A stretch of DNA of 33,619 nucleotides from an uncultured Planctomycetaceae bacterium (GTDB taxonomy: Bacteria > Planctomycetota > Phycisphaerae > SM23-33): NCBI GenBank assembly GCA_964483755.1, contig CAZADC010000004.1, positions 1 through 33,619 of the forward strand. The letters are read 5' to 3'. Positions within the stretch are counted from its first letter, which is position 1. The number at the start of each line of letters is the position of its first letter. A program made the translations under genes and the position numbers. Of the stretch, positions 24,800 to 33,093 are shown piece by piece. The notes under the pieces were generated by a model that did not search any database, had not been told where the DNA came from, and saw only the letters and a list, made by a program, of their open reading frames with translations.

Positions 24800-25324
24800 G
24801 TGTTGACATACAAGCCCGACTGGCCGGAAGCGAAACGAAGGTTGGCCGCCCTGTGGAATCACGAACGGCTCGACCGCCCGTGCATCTCGGTTTTGGCGCC
24901 GCAGCCCGGTGCAGACCCGACGCCGGTCCCCGAGCCGGCGGATGACCAGGCGCGCTGGCTGGATCCGGCCTACCGCGTCGCGCTCGCCCGACCTGGAGAT
25001 CATCATGGTGTTCTGTGGTATCATCTGGACGGCGGTGACGCCGGCCGGCACCTGCCGCGGCTGCTGGCGCTGCCCTTTCTGCGCGTCCTTCAATACACGC
25101 CCGCGCCCTCCGAGCCGCCCAACGGCCCGGGACATCTGGAGATGTACCGCCGCATCCAGGCCGCCGGCAGGATCGTGCACATCCAGCTCCCGGTGGAACA
25201 CGTCGAGCCGCTGGTGCGCGAGCTCGATTCGGCGCTGCTGATGCTCGACACGCGGGTGGCCTCGCGCGCCGAGGGCGAACGGCTGCTGGAGCAATGCGCG
25301 AAATGGACCGGATCGCGACGGTGA
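24800..25324 (+). pseudogene. Internally deleted URO-D-like (uroporphyrinogen-decarboxylase-fold) family gene, 174 codons left
   Basis: GTG start. The N-terminal ~60 aa (MLTYKPDWPEAKRRLAALWNHERLDRPCISVLAP..ARWLDPAYRV) join directly to a C-terminal ~100 aa (WYHLDGGDAGRHLPRLLALPFLRVLQYTPAPSEPPNG..EMYRRIQAAGRIVHIQLPVEHVEPLVRELD..LMLDT..AEGERLL). From memory, these two blocks sit at opposite ends of ~350-400-aa family members. Confidence 0.5.
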
Positions 25325-25459
25325 CAGATGGGTGACTGAATTCTCAAATGGAAGATGCCTCCTGCATGAACGACTCAGGCAAGCAACGAGGGCCGCGGTT
25401 CTGACAGGGCTGGCGCTGCCGGTAATGCTTATGGGAAGCGACAGAGAAACCCCGCGGAT

Positions 25460-26050
25460 TTGCTTTGCTGGGGCGAACCCGTGACGCTTGACCTCGGTGA
25501 CCGGCAGGTGCAGCGGGAGTGCTTCTTCGCGGCCGTGCCGCGAACCGGCACACCGCACAGCAGCGCGACCGACATGCTCTTCCCGGCCGGCGAGATTGAG
25601 CGCGAGCCCTGGCGGAACGTCGAGGCCATCAACGCCGGATACCCCGGCTGACACGACTGGAATCTCTGCGCACCGTGCTGGGTCTGTGCGAGGATCCAAC
25701 TGCGATGAAGCTGCAGGCCGAACAGATCGTCTACTCCGACCGGTATTCCAACAACGGCGCCGGCCCGATGTGGTACTGGAACAACACCTGCGTGGTGCGC
25801 CGGGGAAGCGATGTTTTCGTCAGCGGGTACGAGCGTGTACCGGGCGCGCATCCGTTGAATGACTGCGCATGACGTGCGGACGGCAGCGGGACGATCTGGG
25901 ACCAGATGCGGGCGCATGTGCAGTCTGCCGACCCGGGCGGGCAGCGCGTAGAGTTGTGGTGGTGTCCCGGCGGCGGCCATCGCCCCCAGGGGACCAAACA
26001 GGCCCTGCGATTCCTCCACCGGCAACGCGGCGCGCCCGGGATGACGCTCG
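25460..26050 (+). pseudogene. Broken gene of unknown family (1-nt frameshift near 25645-25651 plus in-frame TGA at 25870-25872)
   Basis: The frame-2 segment ..GEPVTLDLGDRQVQRECFFAAV..EREPWRNVEAINAGYPG* continues naturally in frame 1 as TRLESLRTVLGLCEDPTAMKLQAEQIVYSDRYSNNGAGPMWYWNNTCVVRRGSDVFVSGYERVPGAHPLNDCA*RADGSGTIWDQ... The TGA sits where TGG (Trp) would fit. The 3' boundary is uncertain. Confidence 0.45.
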
Positions 26051-26099
26051 CCGGGATCAATGCCCTGCCCGAACTGCACTACGGTACCTGGTGCGATCG

Positions 26100-26650
26100 G
26101 CACGGTGTGGAACTGGAGCTGCTCTACGGTGTCGAACTGCACTATCGCGGTGCCATCCTGCCGGATCTTGGGTTCGAGCCGATTCGACGCGAAGACCTCG
26201 CGGTGCCCGTGGACGAGCTCCGGCAGCGCCTGGCGCAGGAGCAGGCGGTTATCGATGCTCCTGCGGCCGATGACGCCGACGCGTCGTTCCGGTGGGCCGT
26301 CCTGCGATGCCGGGCGCTGGAGTCGATCATCGCCCGCGTCGAGGCCGGCGAGTCCTTCGAGAACACCACGGAAGTGCAGGGACTGCGGATGGGCCCGGTG
26401 GCGCTGCTCGGCGCCCCGCTGGAGATATTCCAGGCGATCAAGAATGGTCGCCCAAGCGAAGGCGCCCGTCCCGCTGGTGATGAGCGTGACCAACGACGAG
26501 CAGGGCTACGCCGTGGACCGTACCGCCGCCGCCGACGAAGGCGACTACGCGGCCCGCACCGTGCCCCTGTGGAAACACACCTTGCCCTACGCGAACAACC
26601 ACGATGAACTGACAGACGCCCTTCTCGGACTGGATGTCGAGTTGGCGTGA
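26100..26650 (+). pseudogene. 5'-truncated, frameshifted remnant of a neutral-ceramidase-like paralog (C-terminal half)
   Basis: ..VELHYRGAILPDLGFEPIRREDLAVPVDELRQRL...VQGLRMGPVALLGAPLEIFQAIK shifts frame near 26440-26455. It continues as ..AQAKAPVPLVMSVTNDEQGYAVDRTAAADEGDYAARTV..ELTDALLGLDVELA. This is colinear with the C-terminal half of the intact gene at 26766-28247 (VHVLRIGDVAIATNPFEYYLDFGIQIKARSPAVQTFVVQLAGGGTYVPTE..). Confidence 0.55.
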
Positions 26651-26765
26651 GGGATTGAATTGACCACGGACCATACCGGCTCGAAACTGCCTCTGGACGT
26701 TTTGGAGAGTCACGGCCTCAGCGGTCGAACTGCTGGGCGGAACGGAAAGGCAGGAGTGTTGAAAC

Positions 26766-28247
26766 ATGGATACGAACAACAAGCTTCGCATCGGATGGGC
26801 ATCGACCGATCTGACACCGGATCGTCCGGTCCAGATCTGCGGGCAGTTCCACGCCCGAGTGTCGGAGGGCGTGCGGGACCCGATCACGGCGACGGCGCTG
26901 GCGCTTTCGACCGACGGCGATAATGCAGCCGCGGCCGTGCTGGTCAGTTGCGACGTGGTCGGGATTCCCGACGGCCTGCGCGACCAGGTGCGCGAGCGTC
27001 TGCGCGACCTGGCGCTGAACCTCGACCCGCGGTGCGTCGCCTTCAACGCCACGCACACCCACACCGCCCCGGAGGTGCGCACGGAGAGCGACAGGCGGCT
27101 GCTCGGCGGGGGCATCTCGTCGTCGGGCATGTGCATCGAGCTGCCGACGATGGACCCGGGCGAGTACATCACCTTCGCTGCGGAACGCATCGCCGATGCG
27201 GTGGCGGAAGCGTGGCGGGCGCGTCAGCCCGCTTCAATCGCGTACGGTCTGGGCCAGGCGGTCATCGGACGCAACCGGCGAATCGCCTGCTACGGCGGCG
27301 AGAGCCGCATGTACGGCGACACCTGCCAGGCGAACTTCAGCCACATCGAGGGCTACGAGGACCACAGCGTGAACCTGCTCGGCACGTGGGATGCTGGCGG
27401 AAAGCTCACGGGCCTGGTCGTCAACGTCGCCTGCCCTTCGCAGGTCAGCGAGAGCGAGTTCCAGCTCAGCGCGGATTACTGGCACGACACGCGCGTCGAG
27501 CTACGGCGGCGTTTCGGCGAGGGGCTGTTCGTGCTGCCGCAGTGCTCGGCCGCGGGAGACCAGTCGCCGCGCCCCTTGTGGGGTAAGGCCGCCGAGGAGC
27601 GGATGCTGCGCCTGACCGGACGGACGCATCGCCAGGAGATTGCCACCCGCATCGCCGACGCGGTCTCGTCCGTCCTGCCCGCGATCCAGAGCGAGCGCAT
27701 GGACGCCCCTCTTCTCATCCACCGCGTCCAGACCGTCGAGCTGTCCCGGCGGATGCTTTCGCAGGCCGACGTGGACGAAGCCCTCGCCGAAGCCGAGCCG
27801 CTGCGGGCCCGGTACGAAACGCTCCGCCGCGAGGTTCAGGAGCATCCCGCCAGGCGCCGGGAGCCCCGCTGGTACGTCCCCATCACGGCCGCCTACCGAC
27901 GGATGAAGTGGTGCGAGGGCGTCCGGACGCGCTTCGAACTGGAAAAGACCCAGCCGAAACTGCCCTTCGAGGTGCACGTGCTGCGCATCGGCGACGTAGC
28001 CATCGCGACCAACCCGTTCGAGTACTACCTGGACTTCGGGATCCAGATCAAGGCCCGCAGCCCCGCCGTGCAGACGTTCGTCGTCCAGCTGGCCGGGGGG
28101 GGCACGTACGTCCCGACCGAGCGCGCCATCGCCGGCAAGAGCTACGGCGCCGTCCCCGCCAGCACACCGGTTGGACCCGAAGGCGGGCGGGAACTGGTGG
28201 ACTGGACGGTGGCGGCCATCGAGGACCTGTGGAAGGTCCAGGCATGA
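26766..28247 (+). CDS. Neutral/alkaline ceramidase N-terminal-domain-like hydrolase (PF04734-like), 493 aa
   Basis: MDTNNKLRIGWASTDLTPDRPV.., the metal-site-like motif FNATHTHTAPE, and ..VNVACPSQVSE.. AGGAG RBS ~9 nt upstream. No signal peptide is obvious. Confidence 0.8.
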   Translation: MDTNNKLRIGWASTDLTPDRPVQICGQFHARVSEGVRDPITATALALSTDGDNAAAAVLVSCDVVGIPDGLRDQVRERLRDLALNLDPRCVAFNATHTHTAPEVRTESDRRLLGGGISSSGMCIELPTMDPGEYITFAAERIADAVAEAWRARQPASIAYGLGQAVIGRNRRIACYGGESRMYGDTCQANFSHIEGYEDHSVNLLGTWDAGGKLTGLVVNVACPSQVSESEFQLSADYWHDTRVELRRRFGEGLFVLPQCSAAGDQSPRPLWGKAAEERMLRLTGRTHRQEIATRIADAVSSVLPAIQSERMDAPLLIHRVQTVELSRRMLSQADVDEALAEAEPLRARYETLRREVQEHPARRREPRWYVPITAAYRRMKWCEGVRTRFELEKTQPKLPFEVHVLRIGDVAIATNPFEYYLDFGIQIKARSPAVQTFVVQLAGGGTYVPTERAIAGKSYGAVPASTPVGPEGGRELVDWTVAAIEDLWKVQA

Positions 28248-28329
28248 TGCAAGACAACGTCGCAGCCCGGCTCCTCGCCTCGCGCGACGGCCAGGAACCG
28301 CTCGCGGTTGTTCATTCGCTCGCCCATCG

Positions 28330-29586
28330 TCATGCCTCCGGCGCGTCGCCCCAGTCGGGTACGTTGAGGGTTTCTCCGTCTTTCAGGGCCGATTGGTGGG
28401 CGGTCACGCCCATGGCCATGTAGCGCACCGCCTCCCAGACGTTGATCGCCGGCTGGCGGTCGTGGGCGACGGCGTCCACGAACTCGTGCACCAAGTACGG
28501 GTGCGAGCCGCCGTGCCCCTGCGGCCGGAAGTCGATGCTCAGCAGCTCGCTCTCGTCGGCGTCGCGGTGCATGACGCGTTTGAAGGCCATCTGCACGTCA
28601 TCCGGCAGCGGGTCGAACATCTCGGCGGACTTCAGGGGCGTCATCGTGGGCTTGGGCAGGTTGGACAGGTCGGGGTTCGGAAGCGGCGGGCGCTCGATGG
28701 CGAACCAGCGGTTCTCAGAGAACGACCCGCGCGTCCCGAAGATGCGGAAGGTCTCGGAGTCCTGACCGGCCGTGCCGGGCGTCTCGCGCATCTCGAGGAT
28801 GCGGACCGCGGCGCCGTTGCTCATCCTGAACATCGCCATCTCGTTGCTGAAGGCGTAGCCGTCGAAGAACGGGTCGCCCTCACGATTGCGATAGCCGTAC
28901 GCGGTGGCCTTGACCGCGTGGGCGCCCATCACCGAGACCGGACCGCTGGTCGAATGGGTGGGGTAGTGCATCGGCCCGTCGCCCGCGCCGCGGGTGCGGT
29001 AGGCGTCGCGGAGCGGCAGCCACTCCCGGCCGGACGTGCTGCTGGTCCGCGACTGCTGCACCTGGCGGAGGTTGCAGTGGGCGTCGACGTCATGCATGTA
29101 CTCGCCCTCAGCGTAGACGAAGTCGCCGAACGCTCCTTCCCGCGCCCGCCGGCGGCAGTACATCGACTGCGGGTGGTAGTACGTCGTCTCACCCAGCATG
29201 TACCGCCGGCCGGTGCGGCGGACGGTCTCGACCAGCTTGTCGCACCAGTCGAGAATCTCCCCGTCGTCGGGGATCGAGATGATCGGCACGGCCGAGTAGA
29301 CGTGCTTGCCGCTGGCCATCGCCTGGATGCACTGCGGGGCGTGCAGCCACGGCTGGGTGATGATCACCAGCGCGTCGAAGTCCGCCCGGCAGATGGCGTC
29401 GAGCGAGTCATAGCAGTCGCGCGGGTTGAGCTTGTCGGCGTAGAACGGGTCGCCCGCGAACCTCGCCAGCAGCGACGGCTCGCGGTCGCACAGGCCGATG
29501 CGGTCCACCAGCGGATGGTTCTTGAACAGCGGTGCGAAGCAGCTCCCGAACGATCCCAGCCCGACCAGTCCTATGCTGATGCCCAT
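28330..29586 (-). CDS. Gfo/Idh/MocA-family NAD(P)-dependent oxidoreductase, 418 aa
   Basis: ATG 29586 with AAGGAG 6 nt upstream (the track TTG start at 29619 is less likely). MGISIGLVGLGSFGSCFAPLFKNHPLVDRIGLCD is a Rossmann fold. ..ALVIITQPWLHAPQCIQAMASGKHVYSAVP.. is the typical family core. Confidence 0.88.
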   Translation of the reverse strand: MGISIGLVGLGSFGSCFAPLFKNHPLVDRIGLCDREPSLLARFAGDPFYADKLNPRDCYDSLDAICRADFDALVIITQPWLHAPQCIQAMASGKHVYSAVPIISIPDDGEILDWCDKLVETVRRTGRRYMLGETTYYHPQSMYCRRRAREGAFGDFVYAEGEYMHDVDAHCNLRQVQQSRTSSTSGREWLPLRDAYRTRGAGDGPMHYPTHSTSGPVSVMGAHAVKATAYGYRNREGDPFFDGYAFSNEMAMFRMSNGAAVRILEMRETPGTAGQDSETFRIFGTRGSFSENRWFAIERPPLPNPDLSNLPKPTMTPLKSAEMFDPLPDDVQMAFKRVMHRDADESELLSIDFRPQGHGGSHPYLVHEFVDAVAHDRQPAINVWEAVRYMAMGVTAHQSALKDGETLNVPDWGDAPEA

Positions 29587-29966
29587 GAGGGGCTCCTTAC
29601 CCGAGGTCAACCGAGCCAAACGGACGAGTACACGGTAAGCTGCTCGCCGGCCTGCGTTACGCGGCAGTGGTGGAACGCCGGACCGCCCGTCGCGCGTCGG
29701 GGAATATGCGAGGAAGCGAGGAGCGGATCAAGAGGCAAGCGGGATTTCTTGGGGCATCCGAACCGGAAAGACAACGTCATTTCCTGGAGGAACGAATCGT
29801 GCCTGACTTGGCTCCGCTTGCTTCAGGACGCGACGTACGCTGGCTCCCTGCACTGCGGCGCGTGCGGGAAATGCACCCTGGGCAATCGCAAAGTCAGTTT
29901 CCCGGATCGCCGAGCGTCAGCAGATGCATCAGATAGTCGATGTCCCTGCCGGCCGCCCATACGCTG

Positions 29967-29994
29967 TTGCAATATCCGGAATTGCCGGTATAAT
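29967..29994 (+). promoter_or_regulatory. Near-consensus sigma70-type promoter, TTGCAA-16 nt-TATAAT, bracketed by ATCCGGA repeats
   Basis: TTGCAA at 29967-29972 and TATAAT at 29989-29994. The direct repeat ATCCGGA lies at 29974-29980 and 29993-29999, each with a TCCGGA palindrome. The AGGAG RBS (30043-30047) and ATG 30054 follow. Confidence 0.6.
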
Positions 29995-30053
29995 CCGGAC
30001 AAACGGCAGGATCGAGGGGACCGGCCTTATCCGAACGGGCAAAGGAGAACGTG

Positions 30054-30728
30054 ATGAAGATGAGGGCATTGTGGTGTGGTCTGTCGATTGCGGTCTGTGC
30101 GCTTGCGGCCAACCCGGCCGCCGGGGCGCTGCTCAACAGCGATTTCTCCAGTGGAACGGACGACTGGGCGTTTCAGGTGGACCCGCTTTCGGGCGAGGCA
30201 ACCGACTACGGCGTAACGTCGAGCTATCAGGGCAACTCCGACGTGCTTTGGGTGAGCGTGGAGAACTCGGCCGACGTGTCGGACGCGAGCGTGTCGGTGT
30301 CGACTGACTCGGACGATAACCCCGTCTGGCAGGACTCCATGTGGATCCCCACGTACACGACCGCGATGGAGTTCTACGCCGCCGTGGACGACTCGCAGGC
30401 CGGGGACGCCACTTGGAACGTTCAAGTGAAGGTCTCCTACTTCGACAACGGGCTTGACGCCTACAACGTCGTGCAGGCGCCCGTAACCATCGACAATTCG
30501 AACGCGGCCTGGGGACTGCGGTCCTTCCCGATGCCGAACGTCAATCCCCAGTCACAGTCCCTGCCGATGATCCTGACAATTCTCGTGGAATCCCAGAACG
30601 ACCTGAGCGGCGAGGACACGTCCACCGTGACGGCGTACTTCGACGACTTCACGTTCGTCCCCGAGCCCGGCACGCTGGGCGTGCTGGCAATCGGGGCGGT
30701 TGCCGCGATTCGCCGCAGGCGACGGTAG
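30054..30728 (+). CDS. PEP-CTERM sorting-signal secreted protein with CBM4/9-like start, 224 aa
   Basis: MKMRALWCGLSIAVCALAANPAAGA is a signal peptide. LLNSDFSSGTDDWAF is reminiscent of carbohydrate-binding-module openings (tentative). The C-terminus is VPEPGTLGVLAIGAVAAIRRRRR. GTG 30051 is an alternative start. Confidence 0.88.
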   Translation: MKMRALWCGLSIAVCALAANPAAGALLNSDFSSGTDDWAFQVDPLSGEATDYGVTSSYQGNSDVLWVSVENSADVSDASVSVSTDSDDNPVWQDSMWIPTYTTAMEFYAAVDDSQAGDATWNVQVKVSYFDNGLDAYNVVQAPVTIDNSNAAWGLRSFPMPNVNPQSQSLPMILTILVESQNDLSGEDTSTVTAYFDDFTFVPEPGTLGVLAIGAVAAIRRRRR

Positions 30729-30757
30729 TCTCCTTCCGCGAATGCGGACGGAACCAT

Positions 30758-30796
30758 GACCACGAGCCCCGCCGTCGGACAGCGGGGCTCGTGGTC
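30758..30796. terminator. Perfect 15-bp-stem hairpin between convergent genes (bidirectional terminator candidate)
   Basis: GACCACGAGCCCCGC (30758-30772), a 9-nt loop, then GCGGGGCTCGTGGTC (30782-30796). It lies between the stop at 30728 (+) and the stop at 30820 (-). There is no U-tract, which is common in high-GC genomes. Confidence 0.6.
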
Positions 30797-30819
30797 TGCG
30801 CGTCGGCTCGCGACGCCGC

Positions 30820-31557
30820 TCAGGCGTCGGGTTCGATCGGGCGTTCGCCACCCGCTTCGGCGGTCTCGGTGGCCTGGAGCGCTCTGCGGCAGCCCCCTCC
30901 GAACCGGACCATGACCACCAGCCAGACCAGCAGGGCGACGATCGGATAGGCGAGGAAGCGGGCGTAGTACACGATCCACTCCATGGTGCCCGCGGCCTTG
31001 CCTCCGCCCCAGCTTTCCTTGAGGGCGGAAGCGTGGAGCTTCAACTCGCCGTAGTTGTACAGCGCGCCGGTGACCACGGTCGTATTGAACACCTGCTGCC
31101 AGGGAGTGATCATCGCCACGAGGATCAGCGACCAGAAGAACGCGCTGACCAGCGCCGCCACCCCCGCGAATCCGCCCTGGAGGGCGATCTTGACGGCGAA
31201 CATCAGCGCCAGCGCCAGCAGAATCGCCGTCACCAGCCCGAAGAACTTCGCCGCGGGGAAGCCCCACAGCAGGATGTTGTACCACAGCGCCACGCCCTCC
31301 ACCGAATCGGCCGGCGCTTCGGGCTCCGCCCCTTCTGCCTCGGTCTCGGCCGCCGGCCGGGCAGCGAGGGAGACCTCCCCGGGGTCCTCGCCCGCCGAGG
31401 CGTCCAGGACGCCCACGAAATGCACCAGTACAAATCCCGCGATCTGCACCAGGATCGCGGCGAAGACAATCCATGCGAAGACGTTCTTCGCCAGACGGGT
31501 CGTTCGGAAGGCGTCGGCGTATTCAGCCAGCTCCGCCTGATATTCCACACGGCTCAT
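30820..31557 (-). CDS. Integral membrane protein, hypothetical, 245 aa
   Basis: ATG 31557 with AAAGGAG 6 nt upstream. It has at least four hydrophobic helices (FAWIVFAAILVQIAGFVLVHFVGV; FFGLVTAILLALALMFAV; VAALVSAFFWSLILVAMI; LAYPIVALLVWLVVMV) and an acidic Ala/Glu/Pro loop. It lies 88 nt downstream of hemL. Confidence 0.75.
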   Translation of the reverse strand: MSRVEYQAELAEYADAFRTTRLAKNVFAWIVFAAILVQIAGFVLVHFVGVLDASAGEDPGEVSLAARPAAETEAEGAEPEAPADSVEGVALWYNILLWGFPAAKFFGLVTAILLALALMFAVKIALQGGFAGVAALVSAFFWSLILVAMITPWQQVFNTTVVTGALYNYGELKLHASALKESWGGGKAAGTMEWIVYYARFLAYPIVALLVWLVVMVRFGGGCRRALQATETAEAGGERPIEPDA

Positions 31558-31645
31558 GTCGCGCTCCTTTCACGTTCAACGCCGTCCTGCAGCCCGCCGG
31601 ACGCGCGCAAATGCAGAGACGGCCGATGCGGTCGTGCACGGAATC

Positions 31646-32968
31646 TTATCGGCCGGATTCGCCGCCGCGCATAAGTTTCCCCGCTTTTGCGAAAGCGGGT
31701 CCCGCCGCAGCGATGGTGGTGTCCACGTCCGCCTCGTCATGTGCGCCCGAGACGAACATCGCCTCGAACGCGCTCGGCGCCAGGTGAACCCCGCCGCGGA
31801 GCATCTCGTGGAAGAACGCGGCGAACGCGGCCGTGTCGGACGACGAGACGTTCGCGTAACGGGCAATCGGCGGCGGGGCGAAGAAGCAGCTCACCATGCT
31901 TCCGCACTGCTGTACGGTGACCTTCCCGCCCAGACCCGCCTCCTGCGCCGCCCCGTCGAGGCCCCGCGCGAGGCGGTCCGAGATGCGCTCCAGGGCCTCG
32001 TAGAAGCCCTCCTGCTGGAGGGCCTCGATCGTCGCAAGCCCCGCCGCCATCGCCAGCGGATTGCCCGACAGCGTCCCCGCCTGGTAAACGTCGCCCACGG
32101 GCGCCAGGTGGTCCATCAGCACCGCCGGTCCGGCGACCACGCCGACAGGCAGCCCGCCGCCGACGATCTTCCCGAGCGTCGTCAGGTCCGGCAGCACGCC
32201 GAAAACCTTCTGCGCCCCGCCGAGCGACAGGCGAAAGCCCGTAATCACCTCGTCGAAGATCAGCAGCGCCCCGTGCTCGTCGCACAGTTCGCGCAGCGCG
32301 GTCAGGTAGCCCTCCGCCGGCGGGACGACGCCCATGTTCGCGGCGACAGGTTCGACCAGCATGGCGGCTGCGTCCCCGCCGCCCATCGCCTCGGCGACGG
32401 CGCTCGGATCGTTGTATGCAACGGCAATCGTGTCGCCCGCCGCACCCGGCGGCACGCCGGGGCTCGACGGCACACCCAGCGCAGCGGCGCCGCTGCCGGC
32501 CTGGACGAGCATCGCGTCAGCGTGCCCGTGGTAGCACCCGACGCACTTGATGATCTTCGTCCGTCCCGTCGCCGCGCGGGCCAGCCGGATCGCCGTCATG
32601 ACGGCCTCGGTGCCGCTGGAGACGAAGCGAACCTTTTCCGCCGACGGCACTGCGGCCGTGATCGCCTCGCCCAGGCGTACCTCCGCTTCGGTCGGCGCCC
32701 CGAACGTCATGCCGTGGCGTGCGGCCTTGTTGACGGCGGTGACGACGCTTTCGGGGGCGTGCCCGAGAATCGCCGGGCCGTAGCTGCACACGTAGTCCAC
32801 GTACGAGTTGCCGTCGACGTCGGTGATCGAGCTTCCCTTTGCCCTGGCGATGAACGGCGGCGTTCCGCCCACGGCCGCGTAGGCGCGCACAGGTGAATTG
32901 ACGCCCCCGACGAGCACCTTGGATGCGCGGTCAAGGGCGGCTGCCGACTTGTCGGTTCTTCGTGTCAT
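31646..32968 (-). CDS. hemL: Glutamate-1-semialdehyde 2,1-aminomutase
   Basis: ..LVGGVNSPVRAY.., SYGPAILGH, VSSGTEAVMTAIRLARA, LIFDEVITGFR, TLGKIVGGGLPVG (PLP lysine) and QAGTLSGNPLAMAAG match HemL throughout. Start chosen at ATG 32968, which puts 20 aa before GGVNSPVR as in typical HemL. The track start at 33034 adds an Arg/Pro-rich extension. Confidence 0.95.
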   Translation of the reverse strand: MTRRTDKSAAALDRASKVLVGGVNSPVRAYAAVGGTPPFIARAKGSSITDVDGNSYVDYVCSYGPAILGHAPESVVTAVNKAARHGMTFGAPTEAEVRLGEAITAAVPSAEKVRFVSSGTEAVMTAIRLARAATGRTKIIKCVGCYHGHADAMLVQAGSGAAALGVPSSPGVPPGAAGDTIAVAYNDPSAVAEAMGGGDAAAMLVEPVAANMGVVPPAEGYLTALRELCDEHGALLIFDEVITGFRLSLGGAQKVFGVLPDLTTLGKIVGGGLPVGVVAGPAVLMDHLAPVGDVYQAGTLSGNPLAMAAGLATIEALQQEGFYEALERISDRLARGLDGAAQEAGLGGKVTVQQCGSMVSCFFAPPPIARYANVSSSDTAAFAAFFHEMLRGGVHLAPSAFEAMFVSGAHDEADVDTTIAAAGPAFAKAGKLMRGGESGR

Positions 32969-32974
32969 GGACAC

Positions 32975-33003
32975 ATGGTAGGGTCGCCGGCGCCGAGAGA
33001 CAA
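32975..33003 (-). promoter_or_regulatory. Candidate hemL promoter, TTGTCT-17 nt-TACCAT, ending 6 nt before the ATG
   Basis: On the coding strand the sequence is TTGTCT ctcggcgccggcgaccc TACCAT gtgtcc ATG. No Shine-Dalgarno-like purine run lies upstream of ATG 32968. Confidence 0.25.
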
Positions 33004-33093
33004 TCACGGGGGGACGTGCCGGTCGCTGGCGCATGTCTCCGCCCGTCGTGCCGACACCTCGCCCTGATCAGTAGCCCGGCGGAATCGGCGCAT

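Noticed and set aside
30830-30838. GGTTCGATC, a T-loop-like string that could hint at a tRNA
   Set aside because: It lies inside the membrane-protein CDS. No acceptor or anticodon stems can be drawn around it. No other tRNA-like, rRNA-like or CRISPR repeat-spacer structure was seen in the window.
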